A DNA stretch of 64,000 nucleotides, taken from Gammaproteobacteria bacterium. GTDB taxonomy: Bacteria; Pseudomonadota; Gammaproteobacteria; SZUA-229. The position numbers and the translations under genes are program-made. Where the stretch lies: the NCBI GenBank assembly GCA_015488885.1, contig WFMW01000012.1:38354-102353 (forward strand), written 5' to 3'. The notes below the pieces were generated by a model. It was not told the DNA's origin. It did not search any database and saw only the letters and a list, made by a program, of their open reading frames with translations. Numbering within the stretch: position 1 is the first letter of the stretch; every line of letters starts with the position of its first letter. Shown here piece by piece: positions 10,697 through 21,842 of this stretch.

Positions 10697-12199
10697 TCAT
10701 GTTGGTGTATGCCAGCCATGCACACAACCCTGTGTCAATCTTTCCATTGCAGCAATATCCCAGGTTCCAGCACGGTAGCGTTCAATGGAGACACGTTCAC
10801 TCCAGGCTTTTAATATGGGTTCAATAATTGCCCATGATTCATTGACTTCATCAGAACGTGAAAACAAGGTACCATCACCCAATAGAACATCATGCATTAA
10901 TACCTCATACGCATTCGCCACTTCATTATTATTGGCATAAGGTGCCCGCATGACCATAACTTCACTATCGGTGGTTGGCCCGGTTTTTTTTGCATTAATG
11001 CGTAATACGATACCACCATCAGGCTGTAATCTGAATACCAGTGCATTTGCCTTGGGAATAGATGTATGTTTATTAAACAGATTAAACGGCGGTTTACGAA
11101 ACCGGATCATGACCTCAGAAACACGTTTGGGTAACCGTTTACCCGAGCACAAAATAAACGGTACCCCCTGCCAGCGCCAGTTATCAATCTGAAAACGTAC
11201 TGCAGCAAAAGTTTCGGTGACTGAATCGGGTGAAACACCTTCTTCAGCCACATAAGACGGGCATTCTTCGCCATCAATCGTGCCTTTTGCATACTGCGCG
11301 GCAACGGTGAGTTTATCGATATCTTCGGGCTTGAATGGTCGTACTGCACGTAATACTTTCATTTTTTCATCACGTACCGCATCAGCAGTAAACTCGACGG
11401 GGGGTTCCATCGCTACCAGTGTCATTACCTGCATAATATGACTTTGTATCATGTCACGCAGGGCACCGGCTTTTTCATAATATTTTGCGCGATATTCAAT
11501 ACCCAGTGTTTCTGAAACAATGATCTGTACATGATCAATATAGTTACGATTCCACAAGGGTTCCATCACCCCGTTTGCAAAACGATAAACCAGCAAATTC
11601 TGCACACTCTCCTTCCCTAGATAATGATCAATCCGATAGATCTGGTTCTCATGAAACTCGGTCTGTAGTGCGTTATTTAATTTTCTTGATGTTTCAAGAT
11701 TCATCCCGAACGGTTTTTCAATGACAATACGCCGGTAACCTTCATCTTCGCTTACCAGATTGGCTTTGCCCAGACCTGCCGCGACCTTGCTGTACCATTG
11801 TGGCGGTATCGCGCAATAGAACATGGCATTTTTTTTGCCGCCTAATACCTGCAAGGATTCCGCTAGCCGAACATAGGTTTCATCATCCGCCAGATCACCC
11901 GGTACCATAATTAATTTTTCGCAAAGGGCATTCCATCTATCCATATCCAGAGTAATTTCATGGGAAAAAGCCTTGAGCGCATCAAACAAAAGCTGTAACC
12001 AGACTTCGCGTGTGCGATTGTTTACCACACCTAATATACGGCTGTCTTTGTGTACCATGCCACAGTCAAGCATACGGATTAAAGCTGGTAACAATTTACG
12101 TTTGGTTAGATCACCGGTGGCACCAAAAATAACAATATTTGTTGGTTCCGCTTTTTCATTACCGAGCATGGGTTTGGCATTTTCTGTTTGCATAGTCAT
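10697..12199 (-). CDS. zwf: glucose-6-phosphate 1-dehydrogenase
   Basis: GATGDL, EKPFG, RIDHYLGKE, NWRWQGVPF. Confidence 0.96.
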   Translation of the reverse strand: MTMQTENAKPMLGNEKAEPTNIVIFGATGDLTKRKLLPALIRMLDCGMVHKDSRILGVVNNRTREVWLQLLFDALKAFSHEITLDMDRWNALCEKLIMVPGDLADDETYVRLAESLQVLGGKKNAMFYCAIPPQWYSKVAAGLGKANLVSEDEGYRRIVIEKPFGMNLETSRKLNNALQTEFHENQIYRIDHYLGKESVQNLLVYRFANGVMEPLWNRNYIDHVQIIVSETLGIEYRAKYYEKAGALRDMIQSHIMQVMTLVAMEPPVEFTADAVRDEKMKVLRAVRPFKPEDIDKLTVAAQYAKGTIDGEECPSYVAEEGVSPDSVTETFAAVRFQIDNWRWQGVPFILCSGKRLPKRVSEVMIRFRKPPFNLFNKHTSIPKANALVFRLQPDGGIVLRINAKKTGPTTDSEVMVMRAPYANNNEVANAYEVLMHDVLLGDGTLFSRSDEVNESWAIIEPILKAWSERVSIERYRAGTWDIAAMERLTQGCVHGWHTPT

Positions 12200-12254
12200 A
12201 TTTTTTGAACACCTATTTTCATCAGGCTGTCAGACAATGGCTGACGGGATGGGT

Positions 12255-14741
12255 TCAGCTTAATTTTTTCAGTTTCCAGATGTCTTTATTGTATTCAGCA
12301 ATGGTTCTGTCTGTTGAAAAATAGCCACTGGCAGCACTATTAAGAATGCTCATCCGTGTCCATGCATCTCTGTCTTTATAAAATTCCGCAACACGTTGTT
12401 GGCAATCAATATAAGATCGGAAATCAGCCAATGTTAACCACGGATCATAAGGATTGCGCAAAGTTGCCAGCACATCATTAAAAATATCCGGTTCAAACAG
12501 GTTAAAGTGACCGCTATCCAGCAGCGCCATCACCGCTTCAAGATCCGGGTCATTATCGATAATATCCTGTGGCATATAATCTTCTTTTGCGGCACTAACT
12601 TCCTCCGCCTTCAGCCCAAACAGAAAGAAGTTCTCTTCACCAACATGCTCAAGGATTTCTATATTTGCACCATCATAGGTACCGATAGTGATGGCACCAT
12701 TCATCATGAATTTCATGTTTCCGGTACCTGATGCTTCTTTTCCGGCTGTTGATATCTGTTCAGACAGGTCGGTGCCCGGACAGATAATCTCCATTGCCGA
12801 GACATTATAGTTAGGGATAAATGCAACTTTTAATTTATCGCCCACATCCGGGTCTTCATTGATAATTTCAGCAACATTATTAATAAGTTTAATAATTAAT
12901 TTTGCCATATGATAACCGGGCGCTGCTTTACCACCAATTAATACGCATCGCGGTGTCCAGTTATCAGTATCACCACGTTTGATCCGGCTGTACAGATGAA
13001 TAACATGCAATATATTCAATAACTGTCGTTTGTATTCATGAATACGTTTAACCTGTACATCAAAGATAGCACTGGTATCAAAATCAACATTGCACCTGCT
13101 TTTAACCAGCTGCGCAAGGCGTTGTTTATTTGCCTGTTTAATGGCCGCCCATTGCTGTTGAAACTTTTTATGCTCCGGTTTTATAAAATCTCGCAGGGCT
13201 TTAATTTTAGATAAATCAGCAGGCCATTCATCACCAATGGTTTGATTAAGCAATTTCCTTAATAACGGGTTGGCATAAGCCAGCCAGCGACGTGGTGTTA
13301 CCCCATTGGTTTTATTATTAAATTTATGCGGCCACAATTCACAAAAGTCTTTAAACAGCCCTTCACATAACAGGCGTGTATGTAATGCCGCAACGCCATT
13401 AACAGAAAAACTGCCAACAATAGCCAGGTAAGCCATGCGTACCTGCTTTTCACTGGACTCTTCAATTAAGGACATTCTGGCCTGACGTGCTGTATCACCC
13501 GGCCATTTTAGCGATACCTGATGTAAAAACATTTCATTTATTTTATAGATAATCTCCATCAACCGGGGTAATAAACGCTGCATTAAAGATACCGACCATT
13601 TTTCCAGTGCTTCGGGCAACAGAGTGTGATTGGTATAAGCCATGGTTTGTGAGGTAATTGCCCAGGCTTCATTCCAGGCTAGATGTTTTTCATCCATCAG
13701 GATACGCATCAATTCCGCTATGGCAATGCTTGGATGCGTGTCATTTAACTGGAAAACATTAAATTTGGCAAATTCGGTATAATCCTCACCATTGGTTTCT
13801 TCCCACAACCGTACCACATCTTTTAAACTTGCCGAGGCCAGAAAATATTGCTGACGCAGACGTAATTCCTTACCGTTCTCGCTGCTGTCATTGGGGTACA
13901 ATACCATGGAAATATGTTCAGCATTATTTTTTGCTTCAACGGCATCTGAATAACTCCCCGCGTTAAACTCAGCCAGATTGAATGCTCTGGTTGCAGAGGC
14001 TTTCCATAGACGCAAGGTATTAATGGTTTTATTCTGATAACCCGAAATCGGCATATCATGAGGAATAGCAATCACATCATTCGTATCCACCCAGCGAACA
14101 CTTTCTATGCCGTTTTCATCTTTGAAATGTTCTGTATGGCCTTCAAAGTGAACCGTCTGTTCGTATTCTGCCCGTGCAACTTCCCAGGGATTACCATCAC
14201 GCAGCCAGTGGTCGGGATCTTCAATCTGATAGCCATTTTCGATATGCTGTAAAAACATGCCGTATTCATAACGAATACCATAGCCGATAACCGGTAACTG
14301 TAATGTTGCACAGCTATCCATAAAACAGGCAGCCAGCCGACCCAGGCCACCATTGCCCAGACCCGCATCCGGTTCTTCCTGTTTCAGATCTTCGAGATCA
14401 ACAGCAAAAACTTTTAAGGCTTCGCTGGTGGGTTTTTCAAGATCAAGATTGAGCAGATTATTCCCCAGCGCGCGGCCAATAAGAAATTCCAGTGACAGGT
14501 AATAGGCTTTACGAGTACGCGGCTGCTTATAGCGCTGCCAGGTATGACTCCATTGTTCCATAATGCGGTCACGAATGGTAAACGCCATAGCCTCATACAG
14601 ATAAAAAGGCACACAACGCAGAAAGTGACCAAGGTGGTTTCTTAAATAACGATAAAAGCCTTCAGATAAGGCATGAGCATCTGATTTTAAAGGGGCAACT
14701 TCGGGGATTACTGTTGTATTGATCCAGTCTTTCTTTTGCAT
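12255..14741 (-). CDS. glgP: glycogen/maltodextrin phosphorylase
   Basis: GLGNGGLGRLAAC, QLNDTHP, KRIHEYKRQ, PLP site EASGTGNMK. Confidence 0.96.
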   Translation of the reverse strand: MQKKDWINTTVIPEVAPLKSDAHALSEGFYRYLRNHLGHFLRCVPFYLYEAMAFTIRDRIMEQWSHTWQRYKQPRTRKAYYLSLEFLIGRALGNNLLNLDLEKPTSEALKVFAVDLEDLKQEEPDAGLGNGGLGRLAACFMDSCATLQLPVIGYGIRYEYGMFLQHIENGYQIEDPDHWLRDGNPWEVARAEYEQTVHFEGHTEHFKDENGIESVRWVDTNDVIAIPHDMPISGYQNKTINTLRLWKASATRAFNLAEFNAGSYSDAVEAKNNAEHISMVLYPNDSSENGKELRLRQQYFLASASLKDVVRLWEETNGEDYTEFAKFNVFQLNDTHPSIAIAELMRILMDEKHLAWNEAWAITSQTMAYTNHTLLPEALEKWSVSLMQRLLPRLMEIIYKINEMFLHQVSLKWPGDTARQARMSLIEESSEKQVRMAYLAIVGSFSVNGVAALHTRLLCEGLFKDFCELWPHKFNNKTNGVTPRRWLAYANPLLRKLLNQTIGDEWPADLSKIKALRDFIKPEHKKFQQQWAAIKQANKQRLAQLVKSRCNVDFDTSAIFDVQVKRIHEYKRQLLNILHVIHLYSRIKRGDTDNWTPRCVLIGGKAAPGYHMAKLIIKLINNVAEIINEDPDVGDKLKVAFIPNYNVSAMEIICPGTDLSEQISTAGKEASGTGNMKFMMNGAITIGTYDGANIEILEHVGEENFFLFGLKAEEVSAAKEDYMPQDIIDNDPDLEAVMALLDSGHFNLFEPDIFNDVLATLRNPYDPWLTLADFRSYIDCQQRVAEFYKDRDAWTRMSILNSAASGYFSTDRTIAEYNKDIWKLKKLS

Positions 14742-14790
14742 GCTTGATATCCAGATTTATTATTGATGAGTCATCGCTGGAAAATAGCTG

Positions 14791-16269
14791 TCATTTTGCC
14801 ACAGAGGCCATGCTTAAGCGATACAGTTTTAAATACTCTGCTGCGCTTCTTTCCCAGCCCAGAGGTGACAGCATAGCGGTATGACATAGTTGTTTCCAGA
14901 CACTGCTTTGCGTGTATAAAACCAGCGCACGTTGTATGGCTTCGCGCAGTGCTTCATCCGTTTCATGATAAAAGACAAAGCCAGTTGCTGTTTTATTTTT
15001 AATGGTATCGATCTGCGCATCGGTGACCGTATCAGCCAGCCCGCCGGTATGATGTACCACGGGTAACGTCCCATAGCGTAAGCTGTACATCTGATTTAGT
15101 CCACAGGGTTCAAACCGGGAAGGCATTAAGAATATATCACAGCCAGCTTCAATTTGATGGGCAAGTTCTTCAGAATAGCCGATATGCACATATAAACGTC
15201 CCGGATAATCTTCAGCCAGCTGCTGTATTTCCGCTTCATAAGCCATATGTCCTGAGCCAAGAATAACCATATTCACATTGCTGGTTTCAAATAAAACCGG
15301 TGCTGTGCGAATAATCATATCAATACCCTTCTGCTCAACCAGGCGACCGATAAAACCCATCAACGGTGCTGTTTTGTCGACCGTTTTATTAAAGCCGGCA
15401 CGGTTGAGTAAAAACTGTTTATTTTTAGCTTTACCGGCAGTACATTGTTTTTTTGCCGAATAATTTTTTGCCAGATAGGTATCGGTTTCGGGATTCCATA
15501 TGGTCAGATCGATGCCGTTTAATATGCCACTTAATTTCGTCCCCAGACTCCGCAGTATCCCTTCATAACGATAACCAAACGCCGGGGTACAGATTTCTTT
15601 AGCATAGGTCGGGCTAACCGTGGTAACCCGATCAGCAAAAACCATCCCGGCTTTTAACATGGACAGACCACCATAAAATTCGACATATTCCACTGACCAC
15701 CAGCTTGCAGGCAAACCCAGATCGATAAAGTTTTGCTGTGAAAAATGGCCATCATAAGCCAGATTATGAATCGTAAAAACAGTTGCCGGACGCGGCTGTT
15801 GAAGACTTAGAAACGCTGGTACCAGACCGGTTTGCCAGTCATGACAATGGATTACGTCCGGCAACCATTTCTTACCCGGCAAACCTCTGGCCATTTCGGC
15901 CACCGCACGACTAAATACGGTAAAACGTTCAGCGTTATCCGGCCAGTCATAACCCTCTTCATGCACATAGGGGTTACCCGGACGATCAAATAATGCCGGA
16001 ACATGAATCAGGTATAGATAGTCGCCCAGCCCATTCTGATGCGCCTGTAATAAAATGACTTTGTGACTGCGCTTCATCCCGGGTATCATCCAGCTACCCA
16101 GCTCAGTGGGTGATTCAACGCCCGCTAACACATCGCGATAAGCCGGTAAGACCAGCCGTACATCGTGACCCAGTTGTTTCAATGCCAGCGGCAGACTATG
16201 CACAACATCACCCAGCCCACCGGTTTTTATAAACGGAAATGCTTCGCTGGCAGCAAGTAATATCTTCAT
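14791..16269 (-). CDS. glgA: glycogen synthase
   Basis: KTGGLGDV, HCHDWQ, FTIHNLAY, PSRFEPCGLNQ. Confidence 0.96.
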   Translation of the reverse strand: MKILLAASEAFPFIKTGGLGDVVHSLPLALKQLGHDVRLVLPAYRDVLAGVESPTELGSWMIPGMKRSHKVILLQAHQNGLGDYLYLIHVPALFDRPGNPYVHEEGYDWPDNAERFTVFSRAVAEMARGLPGKKWLPDVIHCHDWQTGLVPAFLSLQQPRPATVFTIHNLAYDGHFSQQNFIDLGLPASWWSVEYVEFYGGLSMLKAGMVFADRVTTVSPTYAKEICTPAFGYRYEGILRSLGTKLSGILNGIDLTIWNPETDTYLAKNYSAKKQCTAGKAKNKQFLLNRAGFNKTVDKTAPLMGFIGRLVEQKGIDMIIRTAPVLFETSNVNMVILGSGHMAYEAEIQQLAEDYPGRLYVHIGYSEELAHQIEAGCDIFLMPSRFEPCGLNQMYSLRYGTLPVVHHTGGLADTVTDAQIDTIKNKTATGFVFYHETDEALREAIQRALVLYTQSSVWKQLCHTAMLSPLGWERSAAEYLKLYRLSMASVAK

Positions 16270-18458
16270 TCTGCTTCCTTAACAAAAAACAGCGCAGTCA
16301 ATGGTGGCAGTGTTAATGATAATGAATAGTCAAAACCATGGTCGGGTTCCGCCCGGGCATCAAGCCCACCTGCATTACCGGTATTACTGCCGCCATACCA
16401 CTGTGCATCAGTATTTAAGGCTTCAATATAATGCCCCGCCTGCGGTACGCCAATGGAATATTGTTTACGTACTACCGGGGTAAAGTTAAATACACAGATT
16501 ATAAAATTATCTTCAAAGCGGCGGATAAATGACAGTACCGAGTTATCTTCATCATCACAACTGATCCACTGGAAACCTTCTGCGGCAAATTCCAGCGCAT
16601 AAAAAGCTGTCTGCTGACAGTAAAAATGATTCAGGTCTTTAATTAAATTGCTTAATCCAGCATGTTTGTCCATACCGGCAACCATCCAGTCTAATGCCTG
16701 CGCTTCATTCCATTCATTCCACTGACCGAATTCCCCTCCCATAAATAACAGTTTTTTACCCGGATGAGCATACTGATAAGCGTATAGCAGGCGTAAATTG
16801 GCAAATTTCTGCCAGACATCGCCGGGCATTTTATCCAGCATACTGCGTTTCATATGGACGACTTCATCATGCGATAATGGCAGAATAAAATTCTCACTGT
16901 AAGCATACAACTGGCTGAAGGTTAACTGATTTTGATGAAACCGCCGGTACACCGGGTCGGTCTGCATATAGGTCAGGGTATCGTGCATCCAGCCCATATT
17001 CCATTTCATGGAAAAGCCCAGCCCACCAGCATCCGTTGGTCTGGATACCATCGGCCAGTCGGTACTTTCTTCTGCCAGGGTGACCACGCCGGGAAATTGC
17101 TGATGGACGATTTCATTTAACTCTTTCAGAAAATCAATCGCTTCCAGGTGCTCCCGACCACCATAAATATTGGGCATCCACTGGCCATGTTCACGAGAAT
17201 AATCCAGATATAACATGGAGGCCACGGCATCCACACGTAACCCGTCAATATGAAATTCTTCTATCCAGTAAACCGCATTCGCCAGTAAAAAATTTCTGAC
17301 TTCATTACGACCATAATTAAATATCAGCGTTCCCCAGTCCTGATGTTCACCTTTCTCCGGCTCACCATATTCATACACGGCTTCACCATTAAATTTAGCC
17401 AGCGCAAACGCATCACGTGGGAAATGGGCAGGCACCCAGTCCAGAATAACGCCAATATTTTGCTGATGGCATGTGTCGATAAAATAACGCAGCTCATCCG
17501 GTGTTCCATGTCTGGAAGTGGGTGCGTAATAACCGGTTACCTGGTAACCCCAGGATTGATCCAGTGGGTGTTCGCTTAAGGGTAGAAATTCAATATGGGT
17601 ATAGCCCATATTTTTTACATAGGGAATTAACTGATCAGCCAGCTCGGTATAACTGAGAAATTCGCCGTTTTCATCACGCCGCCATGAACCCGCATGAACC
17701 TCATATATAGCAACAGGTTGATGTAGCCATTGCCATTGTTGACGTTCATTTAACCAGTTGGTATCCAGCCAGTTATACGCCTGTGGTGACGTAATTTTAC
17801 TGGTAGTTTCAGGGCGCACACCCATAGCCTGTGCGTAGGGATCGGTTTTAATCAGAACATGCCCTTTATTCGTATAAATCTCAAATTTATAGGCTTCATT
17901 TATCGATACACCGGGAATAAATAATTCCCACACCCCGGAATGCCCAAGACTGCGCATGGGATGGCGCAAACCATGCCAGTGATTAAAGTCACCCACCACA
18001 CTAACGCGCCGGACATTAGGCACCCAGACGGTAAACAGACAACCTTCGATATTATCCAGCGTTTTTATGTGTGCGCCAAGGATACGGTAGACATTAAAAT
18101 GCCGACCACTAGCAAACAGATCGAGATCAAACTGACTGGTCTGGGGGAGAAAACTATACGGTGAAACTGTGCAGTGCCTGGTAGCAGGCTGTGTTGCATA
18201 AGCCGTTTTTTCCTGCCAGCATAAAGTATAATGAGCTGGTAGCAGCTGTTTTTGTTCTGCACTGAACTTTATTTCAAAAATATCACTGCCTTCGACACGA
18301 GTCATCGGCCCCAGTTTTTCAACTTCCACAGTTTCAGCGGTGGGCATTAAGGCACGGATAATAAAACCAGGATTATCCTTACCATTGTCCTCATGCATAC
18401 CCAGTGATTCAAATGGATCGTGGTAATTACCCTGTTGTATTTTTTTTAAGATTATCAT
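16266..18458 (-). CDS. glgB: 1,4-alpha-glucan branching enzyme (GH13)
   Basis: SWGYQ, DWVPAHF, GLRVDAVASM, AEEST, SHDEVVH. Confidence 0.96.
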   Translation of the reverse strand: MIILKKIQQGNYHDPFESLGMHEDNGKDNPGFIIRALMPTAETVEVEKLGPMTRVEGSDIFEIKFSAEQKQLLPAHYTLCWQEKTAYATQPATRHCTVSPYSFLPQTSQFDLDLFASGRHFNVYRILGAHIKTLDNIEGCLFTVWVPNVRRVSVVGDFNHWHGLRHPMRSLGHSGVWELFIPGVSINEAYKFEIYTNKGHVLIKTDPYAQAMGVRPETTSKITSPQAYNWLDTNWLNERQQWQWLHQPVAIYEVHAGSWRRDENGEFLSYTELADQLIPYVKNMGYTHIEFLPLSEHPLDQSWGYQVTGYYAPTSRHGTPDELRYFIDTCHQQNIGVILDWVPAHFPRDAFALAKFNGEAVYEYGEPEKGEHQDWGTLIFNYGRNEVRNFLLANAVYWIEEFHIDGLRVDAVASMLYLDYSREHGQWMPNIYGGREHLEAIDFLKELNEIVHQQFPGVVTLAEESTDWPMVSRPTDAGGLGFSMKWNMGWMHDTLTYMQTDPVYRRFHQNQLTFSQLYAYSENFILPLSHDEVVHMKRSMLDKMPGDVWQKFANLRLLYAYQYAHPGKKLLFMGGEFGQWNEWNEAQALDWMVAGMDKHAGLSNLIKDLNHFYCQQTAFYALEFAAEGFQWISCDDEDNSVLSFIRRFEDNFIICVFNFTPVVRKQYSIGVPQAGHYIEALNTDAQWYGGSNTGNAGGLDARAEPDHGFDYSLSLTLPPLTALFFVKEAE

Positions 18459-18531
18459 TTGCTATTGTTTCATTCATTAATGGATTTGGCCAGCACTAGC
18501 TCAGGATCACTACCCCAATCAGTTCCGGGCT

Positions 18532-19965
18532 TTATTCCAGGACAGGCTGAGGCTGCTCACGATTCGACTGCATGACCCATTGTTTCATTTGTGTGGACAA
18601 AGCAGCGTTTATCTGTTCCCATTTAAACCTCCAGGTCCAGTTATGATTTTCTGTGCCTGGTATATTCATTCTGGCTGTTGACCCCAGATGCAAACAGTCC
18701 TGCAAAGGGAACACACATAAACTGGCCGCACTGTGCATAGCTGCCTGTATCATGCCATCCACTACCTGATTTCCATAATGGGGCTGATTAGCTGTATTTT
18801 GCAGACGGGGATCGGATAACAAATGTTTATCATAGGTGATACCCAGTTGTTGTAATACTTTTTCTCGCATCGTCGCGTCCATTTTCTGATACCAGCCGAG
18901 AGTGGTATCATTATCGTGCGTGCCGGTATAGACCACGCAATCACTGTGTATATTTTTTATTTTATGCGGATTATCGTCATGTTCATCGAAACCAAACTGT
19001 AATACAGCCATGCCGGGAAGATGAAATTGATGTTTTAGCGCGCGTACTGCATCAGTAATAATACCAAGATCTTCAGCCACCAGAGGTAAATGTCCGGTAA
19101 CACGTCTAACCGTTTCCAGTAAGGCCTTACCGGGAACTTTCTGATAATAACCATCGATGGCAGTTTCTGCCTCAGCAGGAATCATCCATACTGCATCAAG
19201 CCCGATAAAGTGATCGATTCGCACCAGATCAAATAATTCAAAATGATAGTTTAACCGATCTACCCACCAGCTAAAATCTTCTGCCTGCATTAAATCCCAG
19301 TTGTAATGTGGATTACCCCAGCGTTGTCCTGTTGCTGAAAAATAATCAGGAGGTACCCCGGCCACCACTGTCATCATGCCGTTTTCATCCAGCAGATAAT
19401 GTTGCGGGCAGGCCCAGACATCTACACTGTCATGGGCGACAAAGATAGCAATATCACCAAACAGCAAAATATTTTTTGTCGCTGCCAGCGTTTTAATCTG
19501 TTGCCAGCGATTATATAAACAAAATTGCTGCCAGCAGATTTCATCCAGTCGATGCTGGTGCTCAGCACGTACTGTATGTAATACAGATTCGTCACGAAAT
19601 TTATATTTATCCGGCCAGTGATACCATGGAGCCTGCTGAAAACGGCTTTTTAATATTTTAAATAAAGCGTAATCAAACAACCATGACTGATGCTTTTCAC
19701 AGAACGACTGGTAAGCAGATGAATGTTTATCAACAGAGGGATATTCATCAAGCAGAACAGGATTCAGTGCAAAGGCAGACACACATTGATAGGGAGACAG
19801 GTCAATTTGTGGCTCACCTAAAGGCAATACCTGCCAGACACTGAAATCACACTGTTGCAAAAAAGCCAGCCAGCGCTCCACATCACCATCCAGTTTACCA
19901 GAAGGCAGCGAGGTTGGATGTAATAATACACCCGTTCTGCGGATATAAAAATCTTCAGTATGCAT
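18532..19965 (-). CDS. malQ: 4-alpha-glucanotransferase (GH77)
   Basis: GVLLHPTSLP, GVPPDYFSATGQRWGNP, RIDH, AEDLG, GTHDNDT. Confidence 0.95.
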   Translation of the reverse strand: MHTEDFYIRRTGVLLHPTSLPSGKLDGDVERWLAFLQQCDFSVWQVLPLGEPQIDLSPYQCVSAFALNPVLLDEYPSVDKHSSAYQSFCEKHQSWLFDYALFKILKSRFQQAPWYHWPDKYKFRDESVLHTVRAEHQHRLDEICWQQFCLYNRWQQIKTLAATKNILLFGDIAIFVAHDSVDVWACPQHYLLDENGMMTVVAGVPPDYFSATGQRWGNPHYNWDLMQAEDFSWWVDRLNYHFELFDLVRIDHFIGLDAVWMIPAEAETAIDGYYQKVPGKALLETVRRVTGHLPLVAEDLGIITDAVRALKHQFHLPGMAVLQFGFDEHDDNPHKIKNIHSDCVVYTGTHDNDTTLGWYQKMDATMREKVLQQLGITYDKHLLSDPRLQNTANQPHYGNQVVDGMIQAAMHSAASLCVFPLQDCLHLGSTARMNIPGTENHNWTWRFKWEQINAALSTQMKQWVMQSNREQPQPVLE

Positions 19966-20020
19966 GGTTTTTAGCGAAAAAGATCAGCGCCCAGGTTGGT
20001 GGATGGCATACTCATATAAT

Positions 20021-21760
20021 TTATATCTGAGTTTCATCATGTCGCCGCATGGTACCCGCATTTTCAGCACTGCCGCCACCGTAAGACACAGGTATCTGCA
20101 ATGTATCGGGTATTGGCAACTGCAAAAACTGATATAAACTTTTTAGCTGTGAGCGAAATAACACATCAAAATCACTGACACTGTCCGAAGAATTATAATC
20201 ACCAAACCACCAGAACCAGTCCGAACCTTCACATATCGCCAGTTGTTTTGTCGCTTTAAACTTTTGTGAGCGGGTTAAGTTGCCCTGTGCAATCACATTG
20301 TCATAAGCCCGTTTTGCTGTTACCAGTAGTTCCCAGGCGTGATTTTTATCTTTCTGGCCAATCCAGGTAGAAAAAGAACCGTAAACCCAGCTGCCGGGAC
20401 AGAGTTTTTCTAATGAATGGCACAGGGTTTGCTGAGTCAGATCTGACAAACGACAACTGTTCACCCTTTCGTGACTGGATAACAGCGTGTAAAGATGATC
20501 GATAAAATAATAGCCATTATGCGGGTAATATTCCCAGGCATTCTCCCCATCAAGAATAATGCTTACCACATGACGCGAGGCGCTGTCGCCCAGGAAATTA
20601 GCAATATTAACCAGATTTTGTACAAGATCTTCAGCCGCTTCAATGGAATCACGTTTTGCATATTCAAAGCCGATTAAATCAGACAGGCCATCATCTCTGA
20701 AAAAAATCTTTGCATTATGCCCCTGTAGCTGATACGAGTGAAACAGGGCACGTTTATTCTGTATTTTCTCTGAATTTTCGCCTGACAATCGGCAACTGTT
20801 CCGCCACACGCCTTCACCCGATGCCGTCCATTCAAAATCAAACTCATCAACCAACGCCATGGTGTCAGCTGAAATAGCCCCTTCCGACAACCAGACACCT
20901 TTTGGACGTAACCCAAAATACTGCTTGAAACATTCGATACCCTGCTGGAAATGCCAGCGTGAACGTTCAACACCACCGGGGTAATTGCCACACCCTGGCC
21001 GCGGCGCACCAGACTGAGAACAGGCCATATTATCGAAATTATTTAATAATGGCACAATAGGATGCCCATAAGGGGTCATGGAGAGCTCTATCTGCCCGCT
21101 TTCAGCCAGTTTTCGATAACGCGGAATAATGCCTGCAACACTTTGATGAATCAGGCTGATTAAATCACGCCGGTCTTTTGCAGTAAAATGACGGGCTTTT
21201 TTCATTAGCCGCTGGGCAACTCTATTCTGTTTTAAGCTATGCCCCAGCCAGGCAAGATGATACCAGACAACCAGATCAATAAAATACTGTTTATCCAGGT
21301 AAGACAGAAAACCGCATTTTGACTCATCATAACCATGGTCACCGAGTAACGGGATAACCGGTTCCAGTAAATGCTTATAGGCTGGATACGGATTAATCAT
21401 TTTTTCCGCATTCGCCCGTCGGCAAATAGTAATCAGCAAATAACGCTCATCAATATCTGCGGGTACTGTCTTCGCACCCGATAGATAATTCAGTAACGGA
21501 CAATCCAGAGGCTTTTTTTCAGCCAGCCATGCCCCCAGCTGAGTAGCAAAATCATCCAGTTGTTCAAGTAATACAGGTGCAAAATTCACCACCACATGCA
21601 TTTTCGGGTGCGCTTCAAGGTGCGTAACCATGTCATCATAATCCTTGATAGCATGAAGATACACCCAGGGTAATTGATAACCTCCATCAAGCCCATGTTT
21701 ATACCAGGGTTGATGCATGTGCCAGCACAGGGCGAAATTGACTTTTGACTTTTCAGGCAT
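20021..21760 (-). CDS. glycoside hydrolase family 57 (amylopullulanase-like)
   Basis: WHMHQP, nucleophile WLSEG, acid/base ILDGENAWE, EGSDWFWW. Confidence 0.9.
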   Translation of the reverse strand: MPEKSKVNFALCWHMHQPWYKHGLDGGYQLPWVYLHAIKDYDDMVTHLEAHPKMHVVVNFAPVLLEQLDDFATQLGAWLAEKKPLDCPLLNYLSGAKTVPADIDERYLLITICRRANAEKMINPYPAYKHLLEPVIPLLGDHGYDESKCGFLSYLDKQYFIDLVVWYHLAWLGHSLKQNRVAQRLMKKARHFTAKDRRDLISLIHQSVAGIIPRYRKLAESGQIELSMTPYGHPIVPLLNNFDNMACSQSGAPRPGCGNYPGGVERSRWHFQQGIECFKQYFGLRPKGVWLSEGAISADTMALVDEFDFEWTASGEGVWRNSCRLSGENSEKIQNKRALFHSYQLQGHNAKIFFRDDGLSDLIGFEYAKRDSIEAAEDLVQNLVNIANFLGDSASRHVVSIILDGENAWEYYPHNGYYFIDHLYTLLSSHERVNSCRLSDLTQQTLCHSLEKLCPGSWVYGSFSTWIGQKDKNHAWELLVTAKRAYDNVIAQGNLTRSQKFKATKQLAICEGSDWFWWFGDYNSSDSVSDFDVLFRSQLKSLYQFLQLPIPDTLQIPVSYGGGSAENAGTMRRHDETQI

Positions 21761-21842
21761 AAATAGTATTTTAGTCGTTATTTCAGTATGTTATTTATTA
21801 GTGACAATGGATATAAAGCAGGTTATGTACGTACCATTAAAA

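Noticed and set aside
19195..19225. MalQ RIDHFIG instead of the common RIDHFRG, suggesting inactivation
   Set aside because: The catalytic Asp/Glu/Asp motifs are intact and the frame is complete, so a single substitution is not enough evidence.
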